Below, in pieces: positions 11,625-24,500 of a stretch of DNA of 64,000 nt. The notes beneath the pieces were generated by a model. The model searched no databases, had not been told where the DNA came from, and saw only the letters and a list, made by a program, of their open reading frames with translations. How positions within the stretch are numbered: the stretch's first letter is position 1; the number at the start of each line of letters is the position of its first letter. The position numbers were made by a program, and so were the translations under genes. Origin of the DNA: Bugula neritina (lineage: Eukaryota; Animalia; Bryozoa); contig OZ037767.1 of the NCBI GenBank assembly GCA_964035545.1, positions 4,976,707 through 5,040,706 on the forward strand. Reading direction: 5' to 3'.

Positions 11625-14600
11625 ATGGTGAGTATGCAAAGATACTATCTGAGTACAGGGTCAATAGTTGCTGAGCTCTACTGTTCTATATACAACATGT
11701 TTCGCACAACTTTGTGCCTCGTAGATGTTTTACACGGGTTTTGTTTTTGGCTTTACGTCGATTTTACTTTATGTAAGTACTTTGTGAAAAATTAAATTTA
11801 TAGTCTTTACTCATGTAGTTCAAGTTTTAATTGGTATTTTGTTTAATTTAGGGGAACGAGTCCTCATTACCCATGGAACTGGTGACGAACTGTAAGTAAC
11901 ATGCTATAGTAAACATTTCAATGTGTATAATTATAGACTGTTGTGGTCCATTTGTGTATTTGAGTTTATCTGCCAGTTATACACAGAGGTTTATGTGCCA
12001 GTCTTGTACATGTGATATAACTTTGTTGAAGTATGCATTCACCATGCTGTGTTAGGTTATGTAGTTTTATTATTTTTTGTTTTTGCGAATCGAGGCAGAA
12101 TTTTTTCTTCAAGTCTCAAAAATAAAATATTCTGTTACATATGCAATGTCAAAGCCCTATGATAAATCTGGTTTAGTCTGTAGCACCTATAATCGTAAAC
12201 ACGGAGTCAGTAGTTTGAATTCTGTAATAGGCTAATGGGGATGTTAGAATATAAACAAATTCTCTGCCCACTTAAAAAGGCCCAAGTGTTCTCACAGGGA
12301 TGGAGATTTTAAAAAAATAGCATGAGTAACGCTACCTATGCAGTACCATAGCCAAGTAGGTGAGCATGTATATATTGCCTACAATCATGATTACAGTTGA
12401 TCCTGATGAAATCAGGCGACTTGGGAAGAGGTTTAAGAAGTTAGATCTGGACAATAACGGAGCATTGAGTGTGGATGAGTTCATGTCTCTTCCCGAGTTG
12501 CAGCAGAACCCCCTGGTTCAAAGAGTCATAGATGTGTTTGACAGAGATGGAAATGGGGAAGTAGACTTCAAAGGTTTGTCACTCTCTTTGTTTATATCCT
12601 TCGTGCAAACCAATATATTTCTGCTGTATGATCAGTCTGGTGTAGGTAGGTAGGGTGTTTGGAGTTGTCGTCTCATCATCATTCTACTACCACCATTATG
12701 ATGGTGAGTGTTTATCTGTAGTGAGTATTAGCTCTAGTAGCTACTCATCACTTTATGTACTAGATCAGTGTATTTATTCCTAATGCCATGGTAGTTATCT
12801 TCTTTTTAGCGACCAAATCAGCAACAAATAGTTCTTTTATTCTTAATGTGAGAAAATATGTTTCTTATAAAGAAACAGCAACATGTTAAACAGAGCAGTT
12901 GAAAATGAATTTTAATTTTCTAGCTAGTTGGCCTACCATTACTCAAAGATATTTGGGCTAAAATTGTAATGCACTTTAAATAGAAGTTTTTTTAAACTCA
13001 TGTTTAATGATTTTTTTTTTCAGAATTTATAGAGGGAGTGTCTCAGTTCAGTGTTAAAGGGGACAAATCATCAAAACTTCAGTGTAAGTCTAAACTTAAC
13101 ATAACACGATGAGCTAAGTGTAAGTCTAACCTTAACATTATAATAATGTTAGTGCAAAAACTGCTAGATGGCTTTATTTGCTCCCTATTAAAACTTTAAC
13201 TCCAAAATGCAAGACTAGTGTTAGTTTCGTAAGCTTTCACTGTGTACTATCTCTATGCTTTATAATTATATATAATATATCTTAAAAACTTTGTTAAAAG
13301 TAAATGAGAAACATTTTTTATTTACTACTGTATGCTTTATAATTATATATAAATATGCATAATATATCCTTACCAGTTAGTAACTTTATTAAAAAAAATG
13401 ATTAACATTTTTTATTTACTACTTTAGTCATATAGATCAATAAAGTAAATTTGTATTTCAGTTGTACCACTGTATCCATCTTCAGAGTTAATTACAATTA
13501 ACTCTGTAGATGTATAGTAGTAAATGAAAAATATGTCTCATTTATTTTTATTAAATATGTATAATATATTTATATAAATAAGTTAAAAAAAAATTCCTCT
13601 TTTATATTTTTTCTGGCTGGCACCCATTTATAAACCATATTTACTCGTTAACATTTGTAATGTAAATGACAGGTAGCTCCTCAAATAAGTTCTATAAATA
13701 GTATAGTGTCAGTTGCTATTAGAATTGTCTCCCTCTAATTTCAGTCGCCTTCCGTATCTATGATATGGATAAGGACGGGTATATTTCTAATGGTGAGCTG
13801 TTCCAAGTGTTGAAAATGATGGTGGGGACAAATCTCAAGGATACTCAGCTCCAGCAAATAGTAGATAAAACTATTATCTTCGCAGACAAAGATGGTGACG
13901 GAAAGATATCGTTTGAGGAGTTTTGTGAGGTATGAAAATACTAGCCAATCAAATTTGTGTAGGTTTCAGGTATTTCTATGAGTGTGACTTGATAATAATA
14001 ATTCTCTGGGTTTGACTTTAAGTGTGACTATAACTCTATGAATATGACTATGAGTATGACTCTATGACTATGAGTATGACTCTATGACTATGGGTATGAC
14101 TCTATGACTATGAGTATGACTCTATGACTATGAGTATGACTATGAGTATGGCTCTATGAGTATGACTCTATGACTATGAGTATGGCTCTATGAGTATGAC
14201 TCTATGACTATGAGTATGACTCTATGACTATGAGTGTGGGGTATACCAAGGAGAAGATGTATTAGTGTACTTTACTGGTTTCTATCAGTGAATTAGCGTC
14301 ACATGAGGTTCTCATATATTCGACTTGACTGTGATTTATTGCAGTGTAATTATTAATCCACCAGCACCCTGTTTTAGCTTTTGTCATTTTACTATATGCC
14401 ATGATATGTTTTTTTTTTTATATTTGCAACCGTTATTTTATGAAGCGAGCACCATATTAGATATTCTACCCTAGTCTAATATTGCTAAAACATTTTCAAT
14501 TTAGAATAAAAATTTTCTGTTGAAAACTGTAATTTCTGTTTGAATTCTAGTGTTTTGTGGCTTGAAGTACGATTTGCTCAGCAAGCAGCAGATGAGGAAC

Positions 14601-14705
14601 TCTCTTTAGCTGCAGTATTTCGTACCAGCTGTATATCATATATAATATTCTTTTCAGGTGGTTGGCAGCATGGACATACACAAGAAGATGGTGGTTGATG
14701 TGTAG
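11625..14705 (+). CDS. PPP3R1: Calcineurin subunit B (4 EF-hands, N-myristoylation MGNE)
   Basis: ATG-only exon 11625-11627, then ~11852-11891 [10 protein letters not shown], ~12398-12573 [19 protein letters not shown], 13024-13083, 13745-13929 [19 protein letters not shown], 14658-14705 [15 protein letters not shown]. Confidence 0.98.
14030..14235. repeat. Minisatellite, ~20-bp unit tatgactctatgactatgag
   Basis: About 10 tandem units in the last calcineurin B intron. Confidence 0.9.
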
Positions 14706-16169
14706 CTTCCCCCTCCTTAATAATTTGATGAAATTAGTTGATATGAATATTACTTAGCCTCTGTTACTACTTTGCCTAATCGCAGTATAATTTTTGCTAA
14801 CATGTTTTCGTTCAGTCTCGGTGTTCTATGCTGACTACGTCAGCCACTGATGTAGATCTATGCAGTCTTGCATTTATGGTCATGTCGTTATAAAGTTCTG
14901 CATTTCGAGTTTGGTTTCACATATCTACCAGCTTCTAAATTACCATATGTTTTTGAAAATGGTTTACAGGTTTAACACTGATATCTGTCATACATATTAT
15001 TACTTAGATGCTTAGAATACCCACTTATTTTTTCTATGTAATATATTTTATGTTCTTAGATCCAATTAGTGAAGCAGTTATACCCCAGTAATGCCTTTTT
15101 GTTGATGTATGTTTCATTTTCGAGTTTATAATACTGTATCCTTGTTAACAACAGTTTCATAGTTTTATTTTCTTGGGTATCGTTGCTCTGTAAAAAGCCT
15201 GTGTTTCTTTGAAATGTTAATTTATGTCAGTCAACTCAGTGAAGCTTTATATTTATTTTTGTCATTTATGTGTGTAATGCAGCTTCACTGTTTATATTTA
15301 GTTGTTGTATTTTAAAGTGGAATTCTTTGCAATAAAATTAAAAAAATAACAATAAGCTTCTGTTGGGTAAATAAAGTTAAGCCTTTGCCTGCTGGCTGCT
15401 ATATTAACTCAAATAAATTCAATAAATAAATTTAATAGAACCATTTTTGTACAAAACATTAAAAAATGTTATTTCTGCATTTTGAATTTGTCAATAATTT
15501 ATAAAATTAGATTAGGAACCTAGTTCTTGGAATTGGTCTAGGTATAGTACCGGACTCGGGCCTCTCTTTTCAGGTAAGGTAGACATGCACTCTCATTATA
15601 ACTAGACCATAACAAATATATTATACATGCAGAACATTACCAGGAGTGTACAAGTTACAACATCATTTTGCCCAGGCCTCATAGGTTATATCACCTATGC
15701 TTTCTGATGAGGTTTGTATATAAGTGTGACAACGCTTATTTTAGAAGAAATTTTTTCATAATTTAAAAATGTTTTGTAATTCAAGCATTCTGATTCCAAA
15801 GTTGTAGGTCGTGTTATTCAATAGGTATACCGTATACAATGCCAAAAATACATACACATGCAGGCAGTTAATAGGTAGCTGTTGTGTTGAATTTTTAAAG
15901 TTAGTGCCAAGAGTCAGGGCATGTAGGGTGGGCCATATAATTGGATGTGTCTCAAACAATGAATTGGAAGATTTATATTATAATAATATTGTTGTAACTT
16001 GTATTCCATTCAATGATCTCAAATCTATAGTGTTAATCCCAATCAGCATTAAAATAAAGATTGTAATTGGTTGCCGATGTGGTATCTTAGTCATCTGAAC
16101 AAACGCGAATCCACTATTATCGCTTCTCTGATAAAAAAAACCCTGTTCAAAAAAACCAACCAAATCACA

Positions 16170-16660
16170 ATTACTATTAGTATTACTATTACTTATTACT
16201 ATTAGTATTGGTATTATTTTAGTAATTACTTCAACAATTAAAATCGCAATATGAATATCAAATTCAATAAGGAATAATGATGTGTTTAATCTCAATCACT
16301 TTAGCTGGACGTTATAATTCAAGTCACTTTGATAAATACTGATATCGCTCAACTCCTCTTGAAGTTACTTGGTTTTACTATTTTAATTAATAAATTTAGA
16401 CCTTTACTTTTGGTTTTACTTTTAGTATTAACCATTTAAATTTAATTCTATTGTTTTAATCATTAATTAGAAGCAACTACTAAAACTAGGTCTAGTAATC
16501 GTGCCTTTAAAATACCTTGGAAGATAACAAACACTCAAGGGTGCTAAACTTCTACTTTTAGTTTTATGGCAGTTAACTGTTAAACTTAATGTGATGCTCA
16601 TACTCATAGGAATGCTTCAATTTGATAGTGATACTGATAAGTGATAAGGCCTAAAGTGTG
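16170..16660. repeat. Degenerate 6-nt periodic tract downstream of a CpG-containing putative promoter (~16060-16130)
   Basis: ttactattagtattactatt...; tttacttttggttttacttttagtatt; gatgctcatactcatag; gatagtgatactgata. The spurious ORF 15978-16295 has alternating I/L/V residues. Confidence 0.6.
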
Positions 16661-18299
16661 CAATATTTTTTGTCTGCAATTTAATGAGTGATCAATTATT
16701 ATGTGTAAACTATCATGTGTAAATTATTATGTGTTTTGTTTGCTAATTTATTTTCTTTCTCAAACTTTCTGGATCTATGCCATGCACAGTTTTTTTAAAT
16801 CTATGAACTTGGATCTTTTTATTGTAATGTCTTGAATTTTTTGCACTTAGCATCTTGGAGCTTATATCTGTATATATTTATTTTATAATAATTTATAGCT
16901 GCCAGCAATATATAATTCATGAGTGCAGTAGCCATAACCAATGGCATTGTTTCAATATAAATTGTGCATCTAACCACGCTAACCAAGTCAAGTTCTCTGG
17001 TAGACAAAAAGTCTCTAAGTCAAGTTGATGAATGACTTGCCTTGTACCTATTTAAAAAGATACATACAATCAATAGAAGTTGAAACATAGTTACATACAC
17101 TTAGCACGTAGATGAAAAGAATAAATTTTTAGTTTCCGGTCTAGCCCATTTAAAAAGATATATGTTTAATAATTAAATTAAAAATAAGTTTGCTTTTAAT
17201 TATTAATGGTCATTGAATTACAATATAATCATTAAGTATCTCTAATGACATTCAAATTTTGGTCAATTACTGAAATGCTCATCTAAATACTTGTTAGAAA
17301 TGTCAGAAACTAGACTATGGAATTTGGTTCTTTGATTCATGAAAGATTTTGAGGGCTTGTATGGGTCAATCTTTATTGTCAAATCAATGATTTTACTGAA
17401 CTGACTCAAGTGAAGGAATTTCCAGCACTCCCGCTAGCAAAGCTTTAAGTCAGCCATATTACTTGGACCTACCTCTGCCAGTAATTTTTCAGAATTGTTA
17501 TAAATATGAAAGCTTAATCTGGAATCATAAGTATTATTAGAATAAAATTTGAAGTAATATTTCTGTGGCTTGCCAAGCAGGTGTAATAGAAAGTCTCAGT
17601 CACAATTGGAAATATAAAAAATAATAAGGTTACATAAAAATAATATTAGGCAAATGTCAAATTTACAAGCCATTTAATCTATAAATATTGCTACCATTGA
17701 TTTTAATCAAATGTAATTCTACACCACTATGCTATGCTAAGTTTCTGAGAACATTTGGAAAGAGTCTATGCATTCTAGCTTTGATAATTATTTTGCCTCA
17801 TTTCATGAAATTAATTTCTATTTGTATCTATCTGGTAGCGTAACTCACTTGAGAATTTTATGACTGTGTTTTGTAACATTTTCAGCAATCTACTATGTAG
17901 ATGCAGCTAATTCATTGGGGAGCTCTTAAACCCATTTCCAGCAAGTCAGACAACATGTATGTTAGTTAGGGTCTTCGGCAATATGGTATATGATTTCATC
18001 TTGTTTTCTCGTGGGGTTTAGTATTCAAAATTCTTGAGCATCAATACCCGTAGTTTTGCTGCCTAAAATCAGGTCAACGAAATGTTGACATTAATGGCAG
18101 CAGTAATGCATGACTTAGGCCATAGTTATGTGTTTTGCATGGTATTGTTAATGTTTTTAACAATTGAACTCTTGTGTGCTGATTTCTTTCTCCTGGCATT
18201 TTCACTGGGTCCCCTGAGACAATGGTTATTGCCTCAGCCATCCCACTGAGCTTTCATGACGTTGTAGATTCAAATTCCTGCTCTCTGAATGTGTGGTTA

Positions 18300-19809
18300 A
18301 TGGAAGATCATTTCCTTTCTACACATGCTACTTGGGTATCTCTAGTTGAAGGTATCTTATCTATTTCAGTGCCAACAGGATTTAGTTTCTCTACTTGCTG
18401 TCTAATACATTTCTATTATTCAGTTGCATTTTTAGATACATAAATTGAAGTTGTTGCCAAAAACCAAGTTGAGCAAATTTTACCTTCGAAATGTTCTGTG
18501 GTATCACTATAATGATAAACTTTATTTTACCCACCTTCTGACATTTAGATGCCTCATAGATTGCTCTTCTAGTACCCATTCTTCTGTTTAAATCAAACAT
18601 CTTCATATGTTTCAATTTGTTTTTACTTGAAAACCATAAATATATTGTGTAAGCTTTCATAATTTGTTTTAACCATAAATTTAAAAATACGAAAAATTTT
18701 GCAGATTAGAATAAATTTATACATTTTCAAGTAATGAAAGTGCTTTCACCATGTTTATTTCCTAAAGTTTGAGCACAATGTGTTTTGTTTGTCAAATTTG
18801 CAGGCTATAAAATCTATACATATGTAGTTTTGTTCAATGATTAATTCTAATGGAATTTTTAATAAATGTTTTAGACTATTTGATCAAGAAATCATCTGAC
18901 ATCGACACTGTGTTACTGTTCTCTTTACACGGTGATCTTATTCACTCTTTTGGCTGCAGCTTTAATATCTCACAGGTATCAATATTCTGTATCTCCAAAA
19001 CTCTTTTCCAACTTGTGAATATCCACTGATTGAGATTTCCTTCAACTTGTTAGGTCAGGTTTTTGATGTTAGGAATGATTCTATGATTAATAGCTATGAG
19101 CCTTAAATAGTTTCTTTGGCAATAAAAAATATCACATCAAGTTTTATAGGTGTTTCTCTTCTATTTTTGTGTAGGAAGAATTCGGACAGGTAAAAGCTTT
19201 GCTGACTACAAACACAACGGAAAGTCAATTTGTCTGGCAGCATACTAAATACACAGTAGTCAACAGAGCTAGCTGTTCAAAGTGAGTTTTCATTAATGGC
19301 TGAAATATTGGTATCTAGTTTTCATAGATCAAATAACCAAAGAGTGAGTACATGGGCACTTTAGAGGCCCATTAACTGCATCTGTACATCTTTAGTTTGG
19401 TTTATTTCTAAAGATTTTTGTTGCAATGGAAATGGCTTGTCATTTCAGCGGCTTTTATATATTTGCTAAAATTGTAAATAATGTCTTCCAACCCCATTAT
19501 GCAGCATCACTGGAAAAGATTGTAAAGTGTGTCTCAATTCTACAGGATTGCTTATTACCTCCTACCCGCATGCCTAACAAATCATCTCTTTCTAATTAAA
19601 CTATCTCTAGATTCTGCACTTACTGATCTGTGTATTCAGTTTGCTCTGTCTGCTGTAGTTTGTACGCCACGAGTCATAGGAGGCAGTCTGGTGTCTCTGT
19701 CCATCTACTAGATCAGGCCATTCTCTGCTGTATTCACAACAAGAAGGTTGTACCCTCTGGCTTCTGTGAAACTGCCTTTCGGTTTGCTAGCTTACTTTCC
19801 TCACCGTGA
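18300..19809 (+). CDS. Divergent profilin-family protein (136 aa)
   Basis: Exons 18300-18351, 18875-18975, 19175-19281, 19659-19809 (411 nt, phases 1/0/2 consistent) give MEDHFLSTHATWVSLVEDYLIKKSSDIDTVLLFSLHGDLIHSFGCSFNISQEEFGQVKALL..FVWQHTKYTVVNRASCSNLYATSHRRQSGVSVHLLDQAILCCIHNKKVVPSGFCETAFRFASLLSSP*. This matches the profilin pattern (N-helix W..YL, G-x7-F-x4-E, KY-x-V, G-V-x-V, AIL, C-terminal helix) and size. Confidence 0.78.
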
Positions 19810-19818
19810 CAGACAAAA

Positions 19819-20381
19819 ATGAGCTCTTCGTCTCAGGGCAACGTGGTAAGTTTTCCAGCATGTACTGTCTGCCAGATATTCAGGAGTGCGCTAGTATCTA
19901 TGCATGTGCATGACCATGTTATTTGTTTTACCGGTAAAACTCAATTGTTCAGCAGAAATATTTTGTAAGGAGTGTATTTTGTGTCATGTTGAAGTTTTGT
20001 AACATCATCAACTAAGTACTTAAGATAAAACTGTGCCAAGCAGTCTTTCTACCATTACTGATGGTTTATTAAACACATTTGTTCCCTACATCAATTTAGA
20101 CTATCTCTAAGTTTGCATATACTTATTCTAGAATCATATTATCATTAGCATCTTCACCTTGACCTTCACCATTTGTCTTACTCCAGGTAGATGATAATGA
20201 CCTTGACCCGGTAGAGTCTAGCTTACAGCGGATTCGCTGTTTAGAGAAGCACTGGGCGGTACAAGAGTGCTATGCTGATCATAAAGATTGGCGAAAATGT
20301 CAAACTGAAGTTAAAGACTTTAAAGACTGTGTTAGCAAGTCTAAAAAAGTTGATTCGCCTAATTCTTCTGCGAAACACTGA
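19819..20381 (+). CDS. COA4: Cytochrome c oxidase assembly factor 4 (twin CX9C, CHCHD8/Cmc3)
   Basis: Exons 19819-19845 and 20187-20381: MSSSSQGNV|VDDNDLDPVESSLQRIRCLEKHWAVQECYADHKDWRKCQTEVKDFKDCVSKSKK..*, with twin CX9C and the DWRKCQ signature. Confidence 0.92.
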
Positions 20382-21455
20382 CAGTGTGTTTTTTCCGGAG
20401 GTGAACTTGTGTGTTCTGGTAGTTGTATAATCTAGCTCAATTTGAAAATGTGTAGTGTGAAGTTTGAAATCATGTTAAAAGATGTGATGGCATTTAAACA
20501 CAACTATGCAATGCTAATTTTGGTGATCAATAACCTTCACAGTGATCAATAGGCAGCAATTGGTTGAATTCAATAAATGTCTTTCCACAATTGGTAAGCC
20601 TCACTGTTTCCAGTACTTATTGATGATATTGAATAAGTTTGTAATAGAATTGGTTATTGTGGTTTCTATGGTTACTATTGTGAACTGTGTCTAACTCAAG
20701 CTAAATTTGTTTTACTGTTTGCTGTGCTATAAATATTACAAGCAAAAGTTTCATGTTTCTATTTTAAAATATGCATATCTCTATATTAAAATAAATTTGT
20801 TTGTTTATTGAGAAAAAACTGTCCCATTTATTCTTATTTAATTCTCTCATACCAAATGAAAACTTATGTGAAGCCTTTCTCCATAACACCAGTCTTTAAG
20901 TTCACTTTAACTGTCATTTCTGAGCTCAAAACCAACATGCAAGCATTAGTCTCACAATAGACACACAAGTGCTGTTATGTAATCCCAATATGAGACCACA
21001 AGCGTTACAAGCAGCAAAAAGTATAAAATCTATTCGTTATGCGACTCCTTTAACCACAGTATTTAAGCATTTTAATTTTGAAAAATGAACCTGATTTTGC
21101 ATTTTTTTCGGAGAAAGTAATATAATTATGGCTTGCAATAAACAATTGGATGAAATAAATTAACCTATAAAATTGTCTCAATTGCATGTAACATCTCAAA
21201 TGCTAGAAACTTAAATTCCTCATATCCGTTAGTTTATATTTTTGGCTAATAAAACAAATAAATATGCTAAAATTATCTATTTTCTTGGTCTACCTTAATA
21301 TGAGCATCTAAGGTAAAGTTTCAGAGAACGTTTTCAAGTATCACATGATGTGCTAATGCAGATTTCCAATCTGACGTATAGTGATCAATATGTAGTTGTT
21401 GTTTAATAATGCAGTTATATAACATGCTGTAAGCTCACTCTAAATAGACCTCAGG

Positions 21456-21466
21456 GTATATAAAAA
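21456..21466 (+). promoter_or_regulatory. TATA box of the opsin gene
   Basis: gggTATATAAAAagg about 70 bp upstream of the ATG at 21529. Confidence 0.55.
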
Positions 21467-21528
21467 GGTATATAAGGGCTTGAAAACGCAAACCTCTCTC
21501 ACATTCCATGTATTATAGTCGCCGAGAG

Positions 21529-24500
21529 ATGGCCTCCGTAATAAACGTGACCAGATATAATGTGGCTAATTCAGATAATGTGACCAACTTTCCATTGAAT
21601 TTACAAGATTATTTGACAGACTATATATTGGGTAAGTAAACATTAATATTATCTTAATTGTGGTAATATATTTGAAAAGTCTGGGGGTGGAAGTAAAGTG
21701 TTGAATTTTTGTGAATTATTTGGGTTCATCATAGAGTAGATACGGTAACTCTCTTATTATGATGCACTGAGAGCATCATATATTACATACACACAGCTTT
21801 ACCATAGCATTCATTGCATTTTCTCATGATCTTGTATGCTAATGAAGCTGATCACTGCCAGTTCTCTTCATAGATTACATATAATTACAATATACTCTTG
21901 TTACTCCCATGCTATGAGATATTTTATAGTTCAGTTAAGTGTCAATAAAAATATTGATGGGGTTAATAATATCAGCTAAAGTTGCTGAGAAGTTACATGC
22001 TGTATCAACCTTTCATGTTGAGAGTAAAAAGAGGCACTCTAAACGGTCAGCTAAGTTTCAACAGTAAACAATCACTACATTTTTGTGGCCAGGAATACCA
22101 TAAGCTCAAACTGACTTACTATATCATTATTAGTTAGTATCTAGGATATTGGTTAGCTTAGATAAATATTTGAATTTAGAACTTTGTTAAAAGTTAGTGA
22201 TAGCAGCAAACTAACTGTATTTGTTTTATAAATATATTCGCTCATTATAGTGCATTAAAACTTATAGAATCTGTAACTCATTGATGGGCAGTGGCCATGC
22301 TATTTGTATATAAGATAAGAGAAGACTAGCCAACAATCAACAATTTCAATTAGCTCAAAGTTAAAAAAGGCCATGTTTTTGATTTCAAATAATAATAACT
22401 TATTAATAACTTATTAAATTGGTAACTTAAAATGTGTTGTGTGTCTGAAAATTAAAAGCTTAAAGTTTCTAAATTCTGTCATTCAACTTCAAACATACTT
22501 TTGAATGAACAATTAGGCTTCAAAACTTCACTTTCAAAACTTATATTCTGGTCTTTGAAAAGAATTCTTATGTAATTCTGCATCAGTTCCTTAAAATATA
22601 TATATTAACAATACATTGAAACTTTCCATATGGAGGCTATTTTAAACAACTGCATACCTACACTATACAGTGTTTAAGACACGATATTTACATGGTTGTC
22701 AGCATACTCCTTGTGTTCCAGGACTTCTGCTCTTATGTCTGATGCCCCTGGGGGTGGCAGCTAATGCTACTACTATATACCTCTTCACCTCAAAAAGCAG
22801 GCGACACCTTCACACCAGGACTACATTTCTTCTGCGTAGCTTAGCTCTGAGTGATGGAGTTATGGCCCTTGTAGGCAGCAGTATGTTCAGTATTAGCTGT
22901 CTAAACCATGCATGGATATTTGGTAACGTAGGTGCGTTTTTAATTTACTTGAAACATAATATTATTATAGCCCATGAGCTCAATATAAATATTTGATGTG
23001 TGACTTTAAAAATAGAAATATAGATTTCAGAGGCACATTGTCGGTCAGGGAATGAAATTGGTATTGATGATAACCACTAGGACACAGTGCCCTATAGAAT
23101 ATTCTAGAAACTAGGTGTAAGTGCTCCCATGGGTATTTCATTTTCAATTATTGCATTAAAATTGTATCATGGAAACTCAAAATTATTTCTCTTGCAAGTA
23201 GTTTTTATAGAGCTGCAAGGTTTTTTGTCAATACAATTCATCTCATTAAACCAGTAAACTTATATAAGTATTGTAAAAGGAGTTGAATGCAATAACTATG
23301 TAGATGGAATCTGTTGAAATATAATATGTAAATGAAGAGTTTGGTATCAGAAAATTCTAAATGATTTGTAACTTTGCTTTTTATTTAAAAAGAAAAAACA
23401 ACTTATTCGCTATAGTCAACTTAGAGTAGACATTGCATATTATATCAATTACAAACCTAAGTTCTGATATAGCTCAGAAGGTTGTTTAGCAATAAAAGAT
23501 AGACTAATATATTGACTTCTCAGATCCTATTTTGAGGTTCTATCTATGGCAGTGTCAAGTTTAATTTTAGTCTAAAATAGCAAGGTTACCTGCCACAGGT
23601 GCAGTAGCATAGTGCATTTGATAAACTTATTATTACAAAATCATTCTGAATTTCACAAAAAGATTTTGTGCATGACTGATTACTCACAATAGAATTGATT
23701 GTTTTTCAGTCCCTGTAGAACCCAATTTATTAATTTTTTATTACAGACAAAAATTGTTATGTAAGTAAATCTGCATATATTTTTTCAAATTTACTGCTTG
23801 AGGCTTCAAAAATAAAATAGTTGAACTATAATTGAAAACTGAAATGAATATTTTATGCTTGTAACTGCATACACAATTAAATATAAACATTTAGTCCTCT
23901 AGGACACTGCAGAGACTGGTTATTAGGAGACTGCAGAGACTGGTTGCAGTCTCATGGTCTGCGTACACTGTTACAGGCTGCAAGTTCCATGGCATGATAA
24001 TGTTCTGGTGTGGGGTGACCTCAATAGCCCACCTCTGCGTTATATCCATAGAACGCTGTGTGACCATGAGCAACCCAATGTGGTCGGTCGCAAACCGAGG
24101 AAAAATACCTCTATATGTTGGAGCTATGGTCATCTTCTGCTGGGCTTTTGGGCTATTCTGGGCAGTTCTTCCTCTAGTAGGTAAGACAACTACCATCTTG
24201 GCAGGAAATGGTATATAGATTTGAAGTGTTTGAATGTCCTGACACTGCATTGCAGTGCTTCAAGCCATTGATTAGGCCTAGGAACGTTAAATTCATTATT
24301 TATACTCACTGCAAGCATAAAGGAATTATTATTTAATTGTTAATTAAAGATGAAAATGAGTGCCATTAATTGTATCTAAACATAAAAAATTTAACTTTGA
24401 CAGCTAAAATATTTTTTATTAAGTGGCTTGTCAATATTGAAATTTAATTTTTGAAGTAATTTATATTGATTTAGGGATTGCATACAATGTGCATTTAGCT

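Noticed and set aside
16750-18660. Possible minus-strand gene antisense to the profilin unit
   Set aside because: Short open stretches could not be joined into a phase-consistent, recognisable protein
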